Source of the DNA: Thermodesulfobacteriota bacterium
GTDB taxonomy: Bacteria > Desulfobacterota_D > UBA1144 > Nemesobacterales > UBA2774
Assembly: GCA_965223335.1 (NCBI GenBank)
Contig: OZ244991.1
Location: 928,001-992,000, forward strand
Direction: 5' to 3'
Length of the DNA stretch: 64,000 nt
Positions 48,761 to 58,516 of the stretch are shown in pieces; positions within the stretch are counted from its first letter, which is position 1, and each line of letters starts with the position of its first letter. Both the position numbers and the translations under genes were made by a program. The notes under the pieces were generated by a model. It was not told the origin of the DNA. It saw only the letters and a list, made by a program, of their open reading frames with translations, and ran no database searches.

Positions 48761-49813
48761 TTAATCGCTAGACTTCTCTGAGTTTTTGCTGTTTTGATTT
48801 TCGGTCATGTATTTGACAGCTGACCTCACAAACTTGCTCCTCTCGGCCTCACCCAGTACACCTTTTAAACTGTCATAGATACTGGGATCGATTAAGAGTG
48901 CCCCCAGTGTCCCCTCTCCGCCTCTGAGCATCTCTGAAATCTCGCGGAAGTTGGACATTGTCTCCTGCAGCTCTGTCATAACACCGTCCTCCCCGTTTAG
49001 CTTAGACGTCGCGGTATTGAGATTGGCAAGAGTCGCATCGATATCCTTATTAAATTTCTTATCGAATATGAGGGCATGCAACAGACCATCACCTTCGTTT
49101 ACATTAGTGATAAGTTTGTTTAGCTGGACGAGTGTGTTTTCATCCAGTTTTTTACCGGATTTGGTTTCGGGGCCGTATATCATGGTATGTAAGATGCCGT
49201 CGCCGTTCTCAATTGCCTCCATATTCTTTTGCAACGCTTCAGAGCTCGCTCTTAGAGATAGGAGTGTTTGGTTGATATTCTCAAGGTTCTCTTTATTCTC
49301 AAAGGTCTTAACAATCTGATCCAGGCTCTCAGATATACTGATAATATTTGTCAGGAGCTCACCAGACTGTCCTATAAGGCTCGAGAGCTCCACAGGTGTA
49401 TAGCTCTCGATAAACATCTCATCTGGCAATTTGGTCGGAGGCTCAATCTTTCCCGGCATTAATTCCACATATTTATCTCCCAATAGCCCCTCTGTTCTAA
49501 TTGTAGCCTTTGCATCTGGGTTAATCCTCTTCATACCATTCTTATTTACTCTCATCTTCACTGTAATGCTGTTGTTGTCAGCGGCATCGCTCTCAAAACC
49601 TATTTTAGTCACCGATCCGATCCTCACACCTGAAAGACGCACTGCTGCACCTTTGATCAACCCTGCAGTATTATCAAAAGAAGATGTCAATACGTAGCTC
49701 TTCTCAAAAAATTTACGCTCCCCACTTAAGATCACTGTAATTGCTACAAACGTACAGACCGCTAACAAAACAAACAGTCCAACCCTAAAATTCACCGCAT
49801 GCTGATTCTTCAT
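48761..49813 (-). CDS. MlaD/MCE family protein with long helical domain
   Basis: RVGLFV TM, GL..GAAVRLSGVRIGSV, GLLGDKYV, GTLGAL repeats. Confidence 0.9.
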   Translation of the reverse strand: MKNQHAVNFRVGLFVLLAVCTFVAITVILSGERKFFEKSYVLTSSFDNTAGLIKGAAVRLSGVRIGSVTKIGFESDAADNNSITVKMRVNKNGMKRINPDAKATIRTEGLLGDKYVELMPGKIEPPTKLPDEMFIESYTPVELSSLIGQSGELLTNIISISESLDQIVKTFENKENLENINQTLLSLRASSEALQKNMEAIENGDGILHTMIYGPETKSGKKLDENTLVQLNKLITNVNEGDGLLHALIFDKKFNKDIDATLANLNTATSKLNGEDGVMTELQETMSNFREISEMLRGGEGTLGALLIDPSIYDSLKGVLGEAERSKFVRSAVKYMTENQNSKNSEKSSD

Positions 49814-49901
49814 ATACAAATTCTCCCAATACTATTTCTAGTTAAGTTAAATTCGGTTGATTTACAACGCCAAAACCCTTAAAAATGAGTATACGTAACA
49901 A

Positions 49902-49930
49902 TTGACATTTTCTCAAAACCTGTGTTTATT
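49902..49930 (+). promoter_or_regulatory. sigma70-type promoter of purH
   Basis: TTGACA-17 nt-TTTATT. Confidence 0.5.
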
Positions 49931-50049
49931 GTTGGTGCGTACTTACCTCTTGGAGAGGGTGAAATAACGGTAGTGCAACCCGTTAGAATTAAACCATTAA
50001 AATAAGCATTGCGACCATCATATATATCCATTAGGAGAGTTATATAACT

Positions 50050-51612
50050 ATGATCAAGATTAAAAGAGCTATATTAAGCGTATCCAATAAAGACGGGCTC
50101 AGTAATTTTGCCAAGGGACTCTCAGACATTGGAGTGGAGCTTCTCTCAACCGGGGGCACAGCAAAGCTCCTTAAAGACTCGGGGGTGGATGTTACCGAGA
50201 TCGGTCAGTACACAAACTCTCCCGAGATCCTAGGCGGTAGAGTAAAGACTCTCCACCCCAAGATTCATGGCGGTATACTCGGCATCAGAGACGATGACAC
50301 TCACCAATCCGAGATGCAAAGCAACAATATAGAGCCGATTGATATGGTAGTTGTGAATCTGTATCCGTTCGAAGAGGTCATCAAGAAAGAAAATGTAGAG
50401 CTAAGCGAAGCAATAGAGAACATCGATATCGGTGGCCCGACAATGCTTAGATCAGCCGCCAAAAACCATAAGTACGTAGCGATTGTCACAGACCCAGGTG
50501 ACTACGATGCTATATTAGAGGAACTAAACAATAATAACGGCTCTATATCCACTGAAACCGGTTTCAATTTAGCCGTAAAAGCGTTCTCCTATGTAGCACG
50601 CTATGACGGGGCCATATCCAACTACCTTGGTAAAGCCAATTTAGGTGCTGAGGGATCTCAATTCCCCCCCAGTATCGATATACACTTCGATAAGAAAATG
50701 GACCTCCGCTACGGCGAAAACCCCCACCAGCAAGGTGCCTTTTACATCGAATACGGTGTAGACGAACCCTCTGTAGCCACCTCGACTCAGCTCCAGGGTA
50801 AGGAGCTCTCGCTAAATAACATTTATGATACTGACTCTGCACTCGAGGTTGTTAAAGAGTTTACCGAGACCGCATGTGTGGTGGTTAAACATAATAACCC
50901 CTGTGGTGTGGCCACCGGAGAGAGCGCCCTCGATGCGTTTTTAAGGGCTAAGGCCTGCGATCCCATAAGCGCATTCGGCGGCATAGTGGCTTTTAACGTA
51001 GAGGTTGACGAGGCTACTGCAACTGAGCTTGCAAACATGTTTCTAGAGGTTGTAATTGCCCCCGGTTACTCGGATAAAGCCACAGAACTACTTAACACCA
51101 AGAAAAACCTCAGAGTTCTTGAGACCCCGAGCCTGGAACATATCACTCACCATGGATACGACTTTAAAAAGGTGGTAGGCGGTGCACTCATACAGGACCG
51201 TGACCTGGGCACTGATGACGATTTTAGTGAGTACAGGGTAGAGACCAAGAGAAAACCCACAGATGATGAGCTGGAGGCACTTAAATTTGCATGGAAGATA
51301 TGTAAGCACGTTAAGTCCAACGCTATAGTGTTTGCCACCAACGGCCAGACCGTAGGTATAGGTGCCGGTCAGATGAGCCGTGTGGACTCCGTTAAGCTGG
51401 CTACAATGAAAGCCGAGCTCCCCACCAAGGGTGCCGTGCTCGCATCCGATGCCTTCTTCCCCTTCCGCGACGGTATCGACGAAGCTGCTAAGGCCGGGAT
51501 CACCGCTATAGTGCAGCCCGGTGGGTCAATCAAGGACGAAGAAACCATCGCCGCCGCCGATGAGCATGGGATTGCAATGGTATTTACAGGCGTGAGGCAT
51601 TTTAAACACTGA
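50050..51612 (+). CDS. purH: Bifunctional AICAR transformylase/IMP cyclohydrolase
   Basis: GRVKTLHP, LRYGENPHQ, KHNNPCG, SDAFFPF, RHFKH. Confidence 0.98.
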   Translation: MIKIKRAILSVSNKDGLSNFAKGLSDIGVELLSTGGTAKLLKDSGVDVTEIGQYTNSPEILGGRVKTLHPKIHGGILGIRDDDTHQSEMQSNNIEPIDMVVVNLYPFEEVIKKENVELSEAIENIDIGGPTMLRSAAKNHKYVAIVTDPGDYDAILEELNNNNGSISTETGFNLAVKAFSYVARYDGAISNYLGKANLGAEGSQFPPSIDIHFDKKMDLRYGENPHQQGAFYIEYGVDEPSVATSTQLQGKELSLNNIYDTDSALEVVKEFTETACVVVKHNNPCGVATGESALDAFLRAKACDPISAFGGIVAFNVEVDEATATELANMFLEVVIAPGYSDKATELLNTKKNLRVLETPSLEHITHHGYDFKKVVGGALIQDRDLGTDDDFSEYRVETKRKPTDDELEALKFAWKICKHVKSNAIVFATNGQTVGIGAGQMSRVDSVKLATMKAELPTKGAVLASDAFFPFRDGIDEAAKAGITAIVQPGGSIKDEETIAAADEHGIAMVFTGVRHFKH

Positions 51613-51698
51613 TAACGATACGCTGTATACCCATGCACCTCTATCTCTTACCCCCTTTGACCCGGCAGTTTTAGCCTTATATACTGCATATATTCATC

Positions 51699-52283
51699 AT
51701 GCAGATTAAGATCTACTACGATTACAACTGCCCCTACTGCTACCTATTGTCTAACAGGATCGACGTTCTAAAAGACGAATTTGATTTGGATATAGACTGG
51801 AAGGGCCTAGAGATCCACCCCGAGTACCCCCCGGAGGGAAAAACTGTAAAGAAATCCAACAGGTCTCGTGCAATTGCAAGGACTATAGAGCAAGAGGCCG
51901 AGCAAGACTCGGTTATAATAAAATTACGGGGAAAGCTATATAACTCACGGCTTTGTCTTTTTGTGTCCGAGTACGCCAAATCCAAAGGTCTCTTTGACCG
52001 GTTCCATAAAAACACATATAAGGCCTATTTCCAGGACGGACTTAATATAGGTGAGCTAGAGACAGTGCTTGAGATCGCCGATATCAGTGATCTGGATGTA
52101 GGTGAAGTTAAATATCATATAGACCAAGGAACATACTACGAGACCCTAAAGCAGAATAGGAATGAGGCTAAAGCCGATGTTGTACTGGGTGTGCCTACAA
52201 TGTTCTTCGGTGCCATGCCTGTCCACGGTGCCCAATCTCTGGGTTCCATCCGCTCTATAATAAAAAAAGCCCTTCTCCCGTAA
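51699..52283 (+). CDS. DsbA/FrnE family thioredoxin-fold protein
   Basis: DYNCPYCY, GVPT, GAQ. Confidence 0.88.
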   Translation: MQIKIYYDYNCPYCYLLSNRIDVLKDEFDLDIDWKGLEIHPEYPPEGKTVKKSNRSRAIARTIEQEAEQDSVIIKLRGKLYNSRLCLFVSEYAKSKGLFDRFHKNTYKAYFQDGLNIGELETVLEIADISDLDVGEVKYHIDQGTYYETLKQNRNEAKADVVLGVPTMFFGAMPVHGAQSLGSIRSIIKKALLP

Positions 52284-52303
52284 GGAAGAAGGGCTTAATT
52301 TTT
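52262..52303. terminator. Bidirectional terminator overlapping the end of the DsbA-family gene
   Basis: A7-GCCCTTCT-CCC-GTAA-GGA-AGAAGGGCTT-AATTTTT. Confidence 0.8.
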
Positions 52304-52362
52304 ACTCTCCAGTGCATATTTAATTCACACTAAAAGTGTGTCATCGCCCCGGAGTTTAGTTT

Positions 52363-53922
52363 CTATTTGAAGAACTGATCGATGAAGATTAACAGTCTTC
52401 CCTGTATAGCGAAAGGTGTTTTCTCTGCATCGAACCCGTCCTGGCTTAGATCGTTGGCAGCCAGTGTGTTTGCAGCCTGTTGCTCTAGCAGTTGCTGTAA
52501 GCTGTCGCCTGCAAATACTACACTACCGATAAGATCTAGGTTAACACCAGGATGCATATGCCAGGTGAACGTACCCTCAACCTCAGTACCCATGTACCTG
52601 TCGAGGCTTTCAACACCCGGATATGGGTTGCTGGTCTCTTCGTTGAATGCTACAACAACCTGCGGTGTGAAGGATAGGGTGTCAGCAAGCTTAACTGTAC
52701 CCCAAACTCTTCCGTAGAAAGCGTTGTAAACGCTGCTCTCAACACCATAGATGTTTGGTATCATATGTTTGAAGAGAAGTTGGTCTAGGTTGTAAGCAGG
52801 GTTAAAGAAGATAACTCCACCCTCGAGTGAAGCTGTATCTAGGTCATCACCCTTTGCCCAACCAAATTCACCAGCGATCATTTTTACCGGCCAGCCGGGA
52901 TATACCTCAGCCCTTGCTGCCCAGATGATGTTTGTGCTGTCGATGTCAAGATCGTCAGCGCCGTCTACACCGATTGTACCCCAAGAACCCTGAATCTCAC
53001 CAACAAGTCTCCAAGCGTTAGCCTTGATGTCGATCAAACCGGAATAGAGTGTCAACCTATCAAGTGTTAGGCCTGATGTGGCTGCTGCTGCGTTCGGAGG
53101 AGTGATCCCGCCGATACCGCTACCAGGCACACTGCCGAAATTGTTCTGGTGTATGTAAGGGAATATATAACCACCGATCGTCAGGTTTGTACCGCCAACA
53201 TTCGGATTGTTATAAATAAGGGCACCCGCACCACCGTCATATCCGTCACCACTGCCGACTACCAGGCTGTTACCCTGTGTGAACCTATCAGATACGAACA
53301 CAAAGGTAAGAGAACCTGTACCCACGGCAAATGATTTCAGATATAGGAACCTGTCTAGAACAAAACCTAGGTCGGAATACGGATCCCAACCACCGTTAGC
53401 CAATATACCGAGACCCCAGTCAAAAGGCTGACGTCCAACCCTTAGGAAACCAAGGTTGCTAGGCAGCACAATGTCAGCATGTAGCATCCTGACAGTAAAG
53501 AAGCCCGGGTCATCAATTGCATTAGGTCCGGTCAAAAGTGCACCCCTGAACCTGTCGCTGAAAGATATACTGGAGTTCACAACTGTGTTACGGCCACCAA
53601 GTAAACCTGTAGTCGACCCACCCCAAAGGTTGTTACTGAACACATCAAACTGTGTTCTGATAGTAACAGCATCGCTTAGTACAAGCTGAGGTGTAAGCCT
53701 CAACGTTGTATCTACGAAAAAGATATTATCATCAGCGTTATTGAAACCAAGAGCCTGTGCATTTTCGTCGGTCAACGAATTCACAAACGTAGCGTTTTTA
53801 AGAAAACGCGCTCTGGTTCTCATATAGCTCGGGAAGCCGCCCAAATTGAGCTCTACTGCATAAGTAGGAACGGCAAGCATAAGAGCTAATATAAACAAAA
53901 CAAGCCATCTGGCTCTACTCAT
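52363..53922 (-). CDS. Outer-membrane beta-barrel/porin-like protein (alginate-export/TIGR04551-like), likely abundant
   Basis: Signal peptide, RVGRQPFDWGLGILAN, MGTEVE, aromatic C-terminus; double RBS. Confidence 0.75.
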   Translation of the reverse strand: MSRARWLVLFILALMLAVPTYAVELNLGGFPSYMRTRARFLKNATFVNSLTDENAQALGFNNADDNIFFVDTTLRLTPQLVLSDAVTIRTQFDVFSNNLWGGSTTGLLGGRNTVVNSSISFSDRFRGALLTGPNAIDDPGFFTVRMLHADIVLPSNLGFLRVGRQPFDWGLGILANGGWDPYSDLGFVLDRFLYLKSFAVGTGSLTFVFVSDRFTQGNSLVVGSGDGYDGGAGALIYNNPNVGGTNLTIGGYIFPYIHQNNFGSVPGSGIGGITPPNAAAATSGLTLDRLTLYSGLIDIKANAWRLVGEIQGSWGTIGVDGADDLDIDSTNIIWAARAEVYPGWPVKMIAGEFGWAKGDDLDTASLEGGVIFFNPAYNLDQLLFKHMIPNIYGVESSVYNAFYGRVWGTVKLADTLSFTPQVVVAFNEETSNPYPGVESLDRYMGTEVEGTFTWHMHPGVNLDLIGSVVFAGDSLQQLLEQQAANTLAANDLSQDGFDAEKTPFAIQGRLLIFIDQFFK

Positions 53923-53965
53923 CTCTCCTTACCTCCTTAGATTAGGTTTTTATATTTCTGAGCTA

Positions 53966-54079
53966 ACTTTATATAAATTCCCAACTTTTGTCAAGACTTT
54001 TTTTTATCTTAGCTTTTTTACATATCGCTCCGTATTTAATAATAATTTGATTCTAACACAACATAATAGTTAGTGTCAA
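53966..54079 (-). promoter_or_regulatory. Two tandem sigma70 promoters of the outer-membrane protein gene
   Basis: TTGACA(53994-53989)-17-TAAAGT and TTGACA(54079-54074)-18-TAGAAT with extended TG. Confidence 0.6.
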
Positions 54080-54096
54080 TCCGTAAGTATTTCAAG

Positions 54097-54179
54097 TGTG
54101 GATACATTGTCTTATCCACTCAGATATAAGCCCGGTGTGGGGGAGTTATCCACATGTTTATAAATCTGAGTGGGACAAT
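54097..54179. promoter_or_regulatory. DnaA-box cluster inside a long imperfect inverted repeat
   Basis: TTATCCACA at 54146-54154; near matches at 54097-54105, 54112-54120 and 54155-54163. Confidence 0.5.
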
Positions 54180-54214
54180 CGATTATCTTTTCAGATTTTG
54201 TTTCAGCCGACCGC

Positions 54215-54257
54215 AAAAAACAAACCCGGCATTCCTTACCAGGCAATGCCGGGTTTT
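54215..54257 (-). terminator. Rho-independent terminator of the phosphate porin gene
   Basis: AAACCCGGCATT/AATGCCGGGTTT stem, U-tract on the minus strand. Confidence 0.85.
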
Positions 54258-54354
54258 GAGGTTTTCGGAGCCAGAACAAAAAGGGAGATTATTTATAAGA
54301 GAGATGACTTAACAACAATTCACACCTTTAAGTACTTTGCCTGTTGTTTAGAGT

Positions 54355-55758
54355 TTAGAAATAAGCTTGGAGCTGTGCCCTGAACTGATTCTCGTTTACG
54401 TCAGGAGCGCCGTTCGTAAACTCTCTTCTTTTATACGTGTAATCGAGCTGTATTTTCCACCTGTGATCCTTCGATATGTAATAGCTGAATGCAGGTGTAA
54501 GCGTCCATACCGTGTCCTGCACGCTTTCTGCATCCGGTGGCAATATGCCTGCGCTGGTGTCGTAGTCTATGTACGAGAACCTGCCGGCAACCTCGATTGT
54601 CTTCGGCATTAGGAACACGCCGGTCTGTATGTTAAAGCCTTGGTCGTATGCCCTGTCCTGTGTAGAAATATCAGGATCTATCCATCTGCCGTAGTATGAG
54701 CCCTGAACATTGAATATCGGCATCTTGAAGTTAACGTCACCCGTAATGGTAATAACGTCACCCACTGCAGTACCCAACGTGCCTTGCATCCTGTCGCAGA
54801 CATCGTTATCAGGCGTCTTTCTATCACAGTCGAGCCCCGGTATACCACCTATTGCCGCACCGAAGGTGAATGTAGGTTTCTTCGCAAAGTTTGGTGTGAT
54901 CGAATAAGCGCTTCCGGTAGCAAATGAGGAATTGGCTTTAAACTTATCACCCTCACCGCCAAAACCAACTTGCAACCTACCGGCATATAGCATATTGCTA
55001 TCTACACTCTTTCCGTTTCTACCATCCCCGTTAAACACACCGCCTGAATACGAGAAATTATACATCGGTCCCAAACCACCCAAAATTACCATGCCGCGGT
55101 CCCTTCCCCAGCCGAACTCGTCGTTTACTATGGATCTGTCTACAAACTGTAGCGCCGATGAAGAGTTAAGCTCCTGCCTGCCGAACGGCACCTTAAACTG
55201 CCCGACCCTAGGTGCGAAAGATTTATTGTATGCGAATGTAAAGTACATATCGCGAAGCGTCACACTGTCCTTTGCACCCAACTGAACGGTATACAGGAAC
55301 CAGGGCCTAAACGCATGCCCGTCCCATTTAATCCTCAGTCTCTGTACGCTGAAGTTGGTCGAGGTCTCGGGGTCACGGTTGTCTTTCTGGTCAATTGTGG
55401 CGCGGAACTGGCCTCTAAGACGCATTTTCATCTTAAAGTTCTTGTCCTTGGACTCAAACGTAAGACCTTTCTTATACTTAGCTTTAAACTGGTTGTACCA
55501 AGCGTCTTCATTCTCTTTAACGCTTTCCTTTACAGCATCCATCTGCTCTTGATCAGCCATCCTAGCGTTCTCAAGCACCTCTATCTTCTGCTGCAGTGCC
55601 TCCATCTGCTGTTGGTGTTGGCGCTGCATCTCTTCCATCTGCTGCTTAAGCTCCTTTAGTTGCTGGCGCGTAGACTGTGCCTTTGCGTCAGTACTAATCA
55701 TAGGCATCAAAAGCAGGCTTACTATAAATAAAAATGCAATCCTTTGTACCCATTTCAT
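54355..55758 (-). CDS. Phosphate-selective porin OprO/OprP family with N-terminal coiled coil
   Basis: Signal peptide, coiled coil, GQFKVPF, SSSALQFVDRS, C-terminal QLQAYF; divergent from phoBR. Confidence 0.82.
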   Translation of the reverse strand: MKWVQRIAFLFIVSLLLMPMISTDAKAQSTRQQLKELKQQMEEMQRQHQQQMEALQQKIEVLENARMADQEQMDAVKESVKENEDAWYNQFKAKYKKGLTFESKDKNFKMKMRLRGQFRATIDQKDNRDPETSTNFSVQRLRIKWDGHAFRPWFLYTVQLGAKDSVTLRDMYFTFAYNKSFAPRVGQFKVPFGRQELNSSSALQFVDRSIVNDEFGWGRDRGMVILGGLGPMYNFSYSGGVFNGDGRNGKSVDSNMLYAGRLQVGFGGEGDKFKANSSFATGSAYSITPNFAKKPTFTFGAAIGGIPGLDCDRKTPDNDVCDRMQGTLGTAVGDVITITGDVNFKMPIFNVQGSYYGRWIDPDISTQDRAYDQGFNIQTGVFLMPKTIEVAGRFSYIDYDTSAGILPPDAESVQDTVWTLTPAFSYYISKDHRWKIQLDYTYKRREFTNGAPDVNENQFRAQLQAYF

Positions 55759-55809
55759 CTCTCGACTTCCTCCTTAATAAATGTAATAGGAAAGACGATA
55801 TAGATATTT

Positions 55810-55848
55810 GATGAAACCAATGTGAAACTATTGTTAATTTTTCGTTAA
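55810..55848 (-). promoter_or_regulatory. PHO box-like array of four direct repeats at 11-bp spacing
   Basis: Minus strand TTAACG-n5-TTAACA-n5-TTCACA-n5-TTCATC upstream of the porin. Confidence 0.75.
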
Positions 55849-55942
55849 GATAAAACTGTTAATATTGAAACAAAAACCTGTTCATATAACCTATTGTTGC
55901 TGTGTTATTAAATAAAAACAGTTTGGCGGATCAGGGAAATAT

Positions 55943-56632
55943 ATGAGCGACAAATTAATAGCCATAGTAGACGACGAAGAAGACATAGTGGAACTCGTAA
56001 GCCACCACCTTAAGCGCGAGGGTTTCAAGGTAAAGGAGTTTCATAACGGCCGAGACTTCCTCTCTTACTTGGAATCCGTAACACCCGACCTTGCTGTTTT
56101 AGACATCATGCTCCCCGGGATTGACGGGCTAGAGATCTGCAGGATCTTAAAAAATAAGAGCAGCACCATATCTATGCCTATCATCATGCTTACTGCGAAA
56201 GCCACTGAGGCCGATATTGTTGTGGGCCTCGAACTGGGTGCCGACGACTACATGGTAAAACCCTTTAGCACACGTGAGCTTGTGGCCAGGGTCAAAACCG
56301 TGCTCCGGAGGCTTGAGAGTACCGAAGATGCCCAGAACGTTATTGCCATCGGCGACCTCTCTATTAACACTGAACAATACGTCGTTACTGTTAATGGAAA
56401 CAAAATCCCTCTCACAACAACCGAATTCAAAATCCTAGAGGTATTGGCCGAGGGCAAAGGCAGGGTGTTCACAAGAGACCAACTTCTAAAGAAGAAAAGA
56501 CTATGGGGAGACGATAAACTGGTATATGATAGAACTATAGACGTACATATCAAAAACCTAAGAGAAAAACTCGGCCCCTTAGGTAATATGATTAAAACTG
56601 TTCGCAGTATAGGGTACAAACTAGAAGAGTAG
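55943..56632 (+). CDS. phoB: OmpR-family response regulator, PhoB/PhoP-like
   Basis: VDDE, LDIMLP, GADDY..KPF, RTIDVHIKNLR; context with phoR and the porin. Confidence 0.8.
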   Translation: MSDKLIAIVDDEEDIVELVSHHLKREGFKVKEFHNGRDFLSYLESVTPDLAVLDIMLPGIDGLEICRILKNKSSTISMPIIMLTAKATEADIVVGLELGADDYMVKPFSTRELVARVKTVLRRLESTEDAQNVIAIGDLSINTEQYVVTVNGNKIPLTTTEFKILEVLAEGKGRVFTRDQLLKKKRLWGDDKLVYDRTIDVHIKNLREKLGPLGNMIKTVRSIGYKLEE

Positions 56633-56639
56633 GTCAAAC

Positions 56640-58409
56640 TTGAGTTTATTTTGGCGACAGTTTTTACAAAGCTTCATCATCATTTTCCTAGTACTGTTCC
56701 TTTTTACATTCCTTATTATAAGTGAGCTTAAAAAATACGACAGGTCCATTACAAAAGAGCGCCTACTCACCACCGCTACTCTCACCGCTGACATCCTCGG
56801 GCCCTATATTACCGGTAACGACCCCAAAGATATTCAACCGATCGTAAGACAGCTTGGAGCCAAAACAGGGGTATGGATCACGGTGGTCCAAGGCTCGGGT
56901 GTAGTCCTAGCAGACTCGGAAAATGACCCCAAAGAGATGGACAACCACTCCAAAAGGCCCGAAATACTCCAGGCCCAAAGCGAGGGCAAGGGCGAGAGCA
57001 AACGCTACAACCCCGCACACAAGCGCGATATGCTATACACAGCAATTCCCATATCAGTTGAGGGCAGCAGTACAAGTACCATTGTGAGGACCGCATTACT
57101 CTCAAACCCACTGGACGAGACTCTGGGCCCTATTGAATCCAAAATAATCTATGTGGGCCTCTTACTTACCTTGATCGCATTGCTGCTCTCTTACCTACTG
57201 ACCAAAACCTTCACCGACTCACTTCGCACCGTCATAAATGCCTCCGGAGAGCTCGCCAAGGGGAATTTTGACGTTAATATCCCGCTTCGAAGCGGCAAGG
57301 GCGAGATATCAAAGCTACACAATGTGTTCAAGCAGATGACCGACAAACTAAACGACTTCTTCAATCAGCTTTCCGAAGAAAAGAACCAGCTCGAAGCCGT
57401 ACTCAGCGCCATGAGTGAAGGGGTTGTAGTGGTAGCTAACAACAGTAACGTGATCCTGATCAATAATGCACTTAAAAAAATGTTTGAGATCACGGAACCT
57501 CCCGATAATAAGCCCTACTGGGAGGTGCTTAGAAACAAAGAGGTAATACAGCTTGTGGAAGAGGCCATATTGAACCGTGTGCACGGTAGCAAGGAGATCT
57601 ACCTCGTTTACCCCGACGACAGATACTACCTGGCTAACGTCATACCGCTTGAATCCCCCGGTGAAGAGATCATCGTGGTAATGTTCGACATCACTGAGTT
57701 TAAGAGACTCGAAAACATAAAGGCTGACTTCATCGCCAACGTATCCCATGAATTACGCACCCCGCTAACGGCCATAAAGGGCTACACGGAAACAATCGAG
57801 GAAGGCGCATATAAAGAGCCCCAGGAACTAAACCATTTCCTGAACATTATAAAGAGACATACCGATAGATTAATCCATATAGTATCCGACCTGCTCGTAT
57901 TATCCGAAATCGAAGGCAAGGACTCCCTTGCTCGCGACGATCAAAGCGAAGACATAGAACTTTTGGATATAAACGAGATCATCTCTTCATCGCTTGAAGC
58001 CCTTAAATCCAATATTACCGAAAAGAACATAAAGGTGTCGCTAAACAGCCAGAGCGATCTACCCAAATGCAGGGCTAACAGGCTTTTGCTTGAGCAGGTA
58101 TTTATCAACCTGCTCGATAACGCTACCAAGTACTCAACTGACAACGGCAATATAGAGATCTCTGTGGAATCCCCCGACAACTCGCTTAGGATTGAGATTG
58201 CCGACAACGGTATCGGTATACCCAAGGAGCATCTGCCGAGGATATTCGAGCGTTTTTACAGGGTAGATAAAACCAGGTCGAGAAAGATTGGGGGCACGGG
58301 ACTAGGACTCAGTATTGTTAAACACATAGTGCTTATGCACGGGGGAAAGATCGAGGTTGAAAGCGAAGAGGGTAACGGCAGCAAATTCATAATCTCTCTA
58401 CCGCTCTAA
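56640..58409 (+). CDS. phoR: Sensor histidine kinase PhoR (HAMP-PAS-HisKA-HATPase)
   Basis: MDNHSKRPE sensor motif, DFIANVSHELRTPL, FERFYRVDK, GTGLGL. Confidence 0.85.
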   Translation: MSLFWRQFLQSFIIIFLVLFLFTFLIISELKKYDRSITKERLLTTATLTADILGPYITGNDPKDIQPIVRQLGAKTGVWITVVQGSGVVLADSENDPKEMDNHSKRPEILQAQSEGKGESKRYNPAHKRDMLYTAIPISVEGSSTSTIVRTALLSNPLDETLGPIESKIIYVGLLLTLIALLLSYLLTKTFTDSLRTVINASGELAKGNFDVNIPLRSGKGEISKLHNVFKQMTDKLNDFFNQLSEEKNQLEAVLSAMSEGVVVVANNSNVILINNALKKMFEITEPPDNKPYWEVLRNKEVIQLVEEAILNRVHGSKEIYLVYPDDRYYLANVIPLESPGEEIIVVMFDITEFKRLENIKADFIANVSHELRTPLTAIKGYTETIEEGAYKEPQELNHFLNIIKRHTDRLIHIVSDLLVLSEIEGKDSLARDDQSEDIELLDINEIISSSLEALKSNITEKNIKVSLNSQSDLPKCRANRLLLEQVFINLLDNATKYSTDNGNIEISVESPDNSLRIEIADNGIGIPKEHLPRIFERFYRVDKTRSRKIGGTGLGLSIVKHIVLMHGGKIEVESEEGNGSKFIISLPL

Positions 58410-58516
58410 ATTGATACTACTGCTCAGTTGCCAAGTTGTTTAATGGCCGTAACAATACGTAACCCTAAATAGCTAGAGACATACCTACATTATATTAAGG
58501 TATGGGGTCCGGCTCA

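Noticed and set aside
53940..54180. Chromosomal origin (oriC)
   Set aside because: No dnaA/dnaN/gidA nearby, no convincing DnaA-trio run and no visible skew switch; kept only as a DnaA-box finding.
54096..54383. 95-aa ORF between the two barrel genes
   Set aside because: It overlaps a terminator, the DnaA-box hairpin and the porin stop, with no RBS or recognisable motif.
58430..58470. Second PHO box after phoR (GTAAC repeats)
   Set aside because: Spacing is 9-10 bp rather than 11, and no co-directional gene follows.
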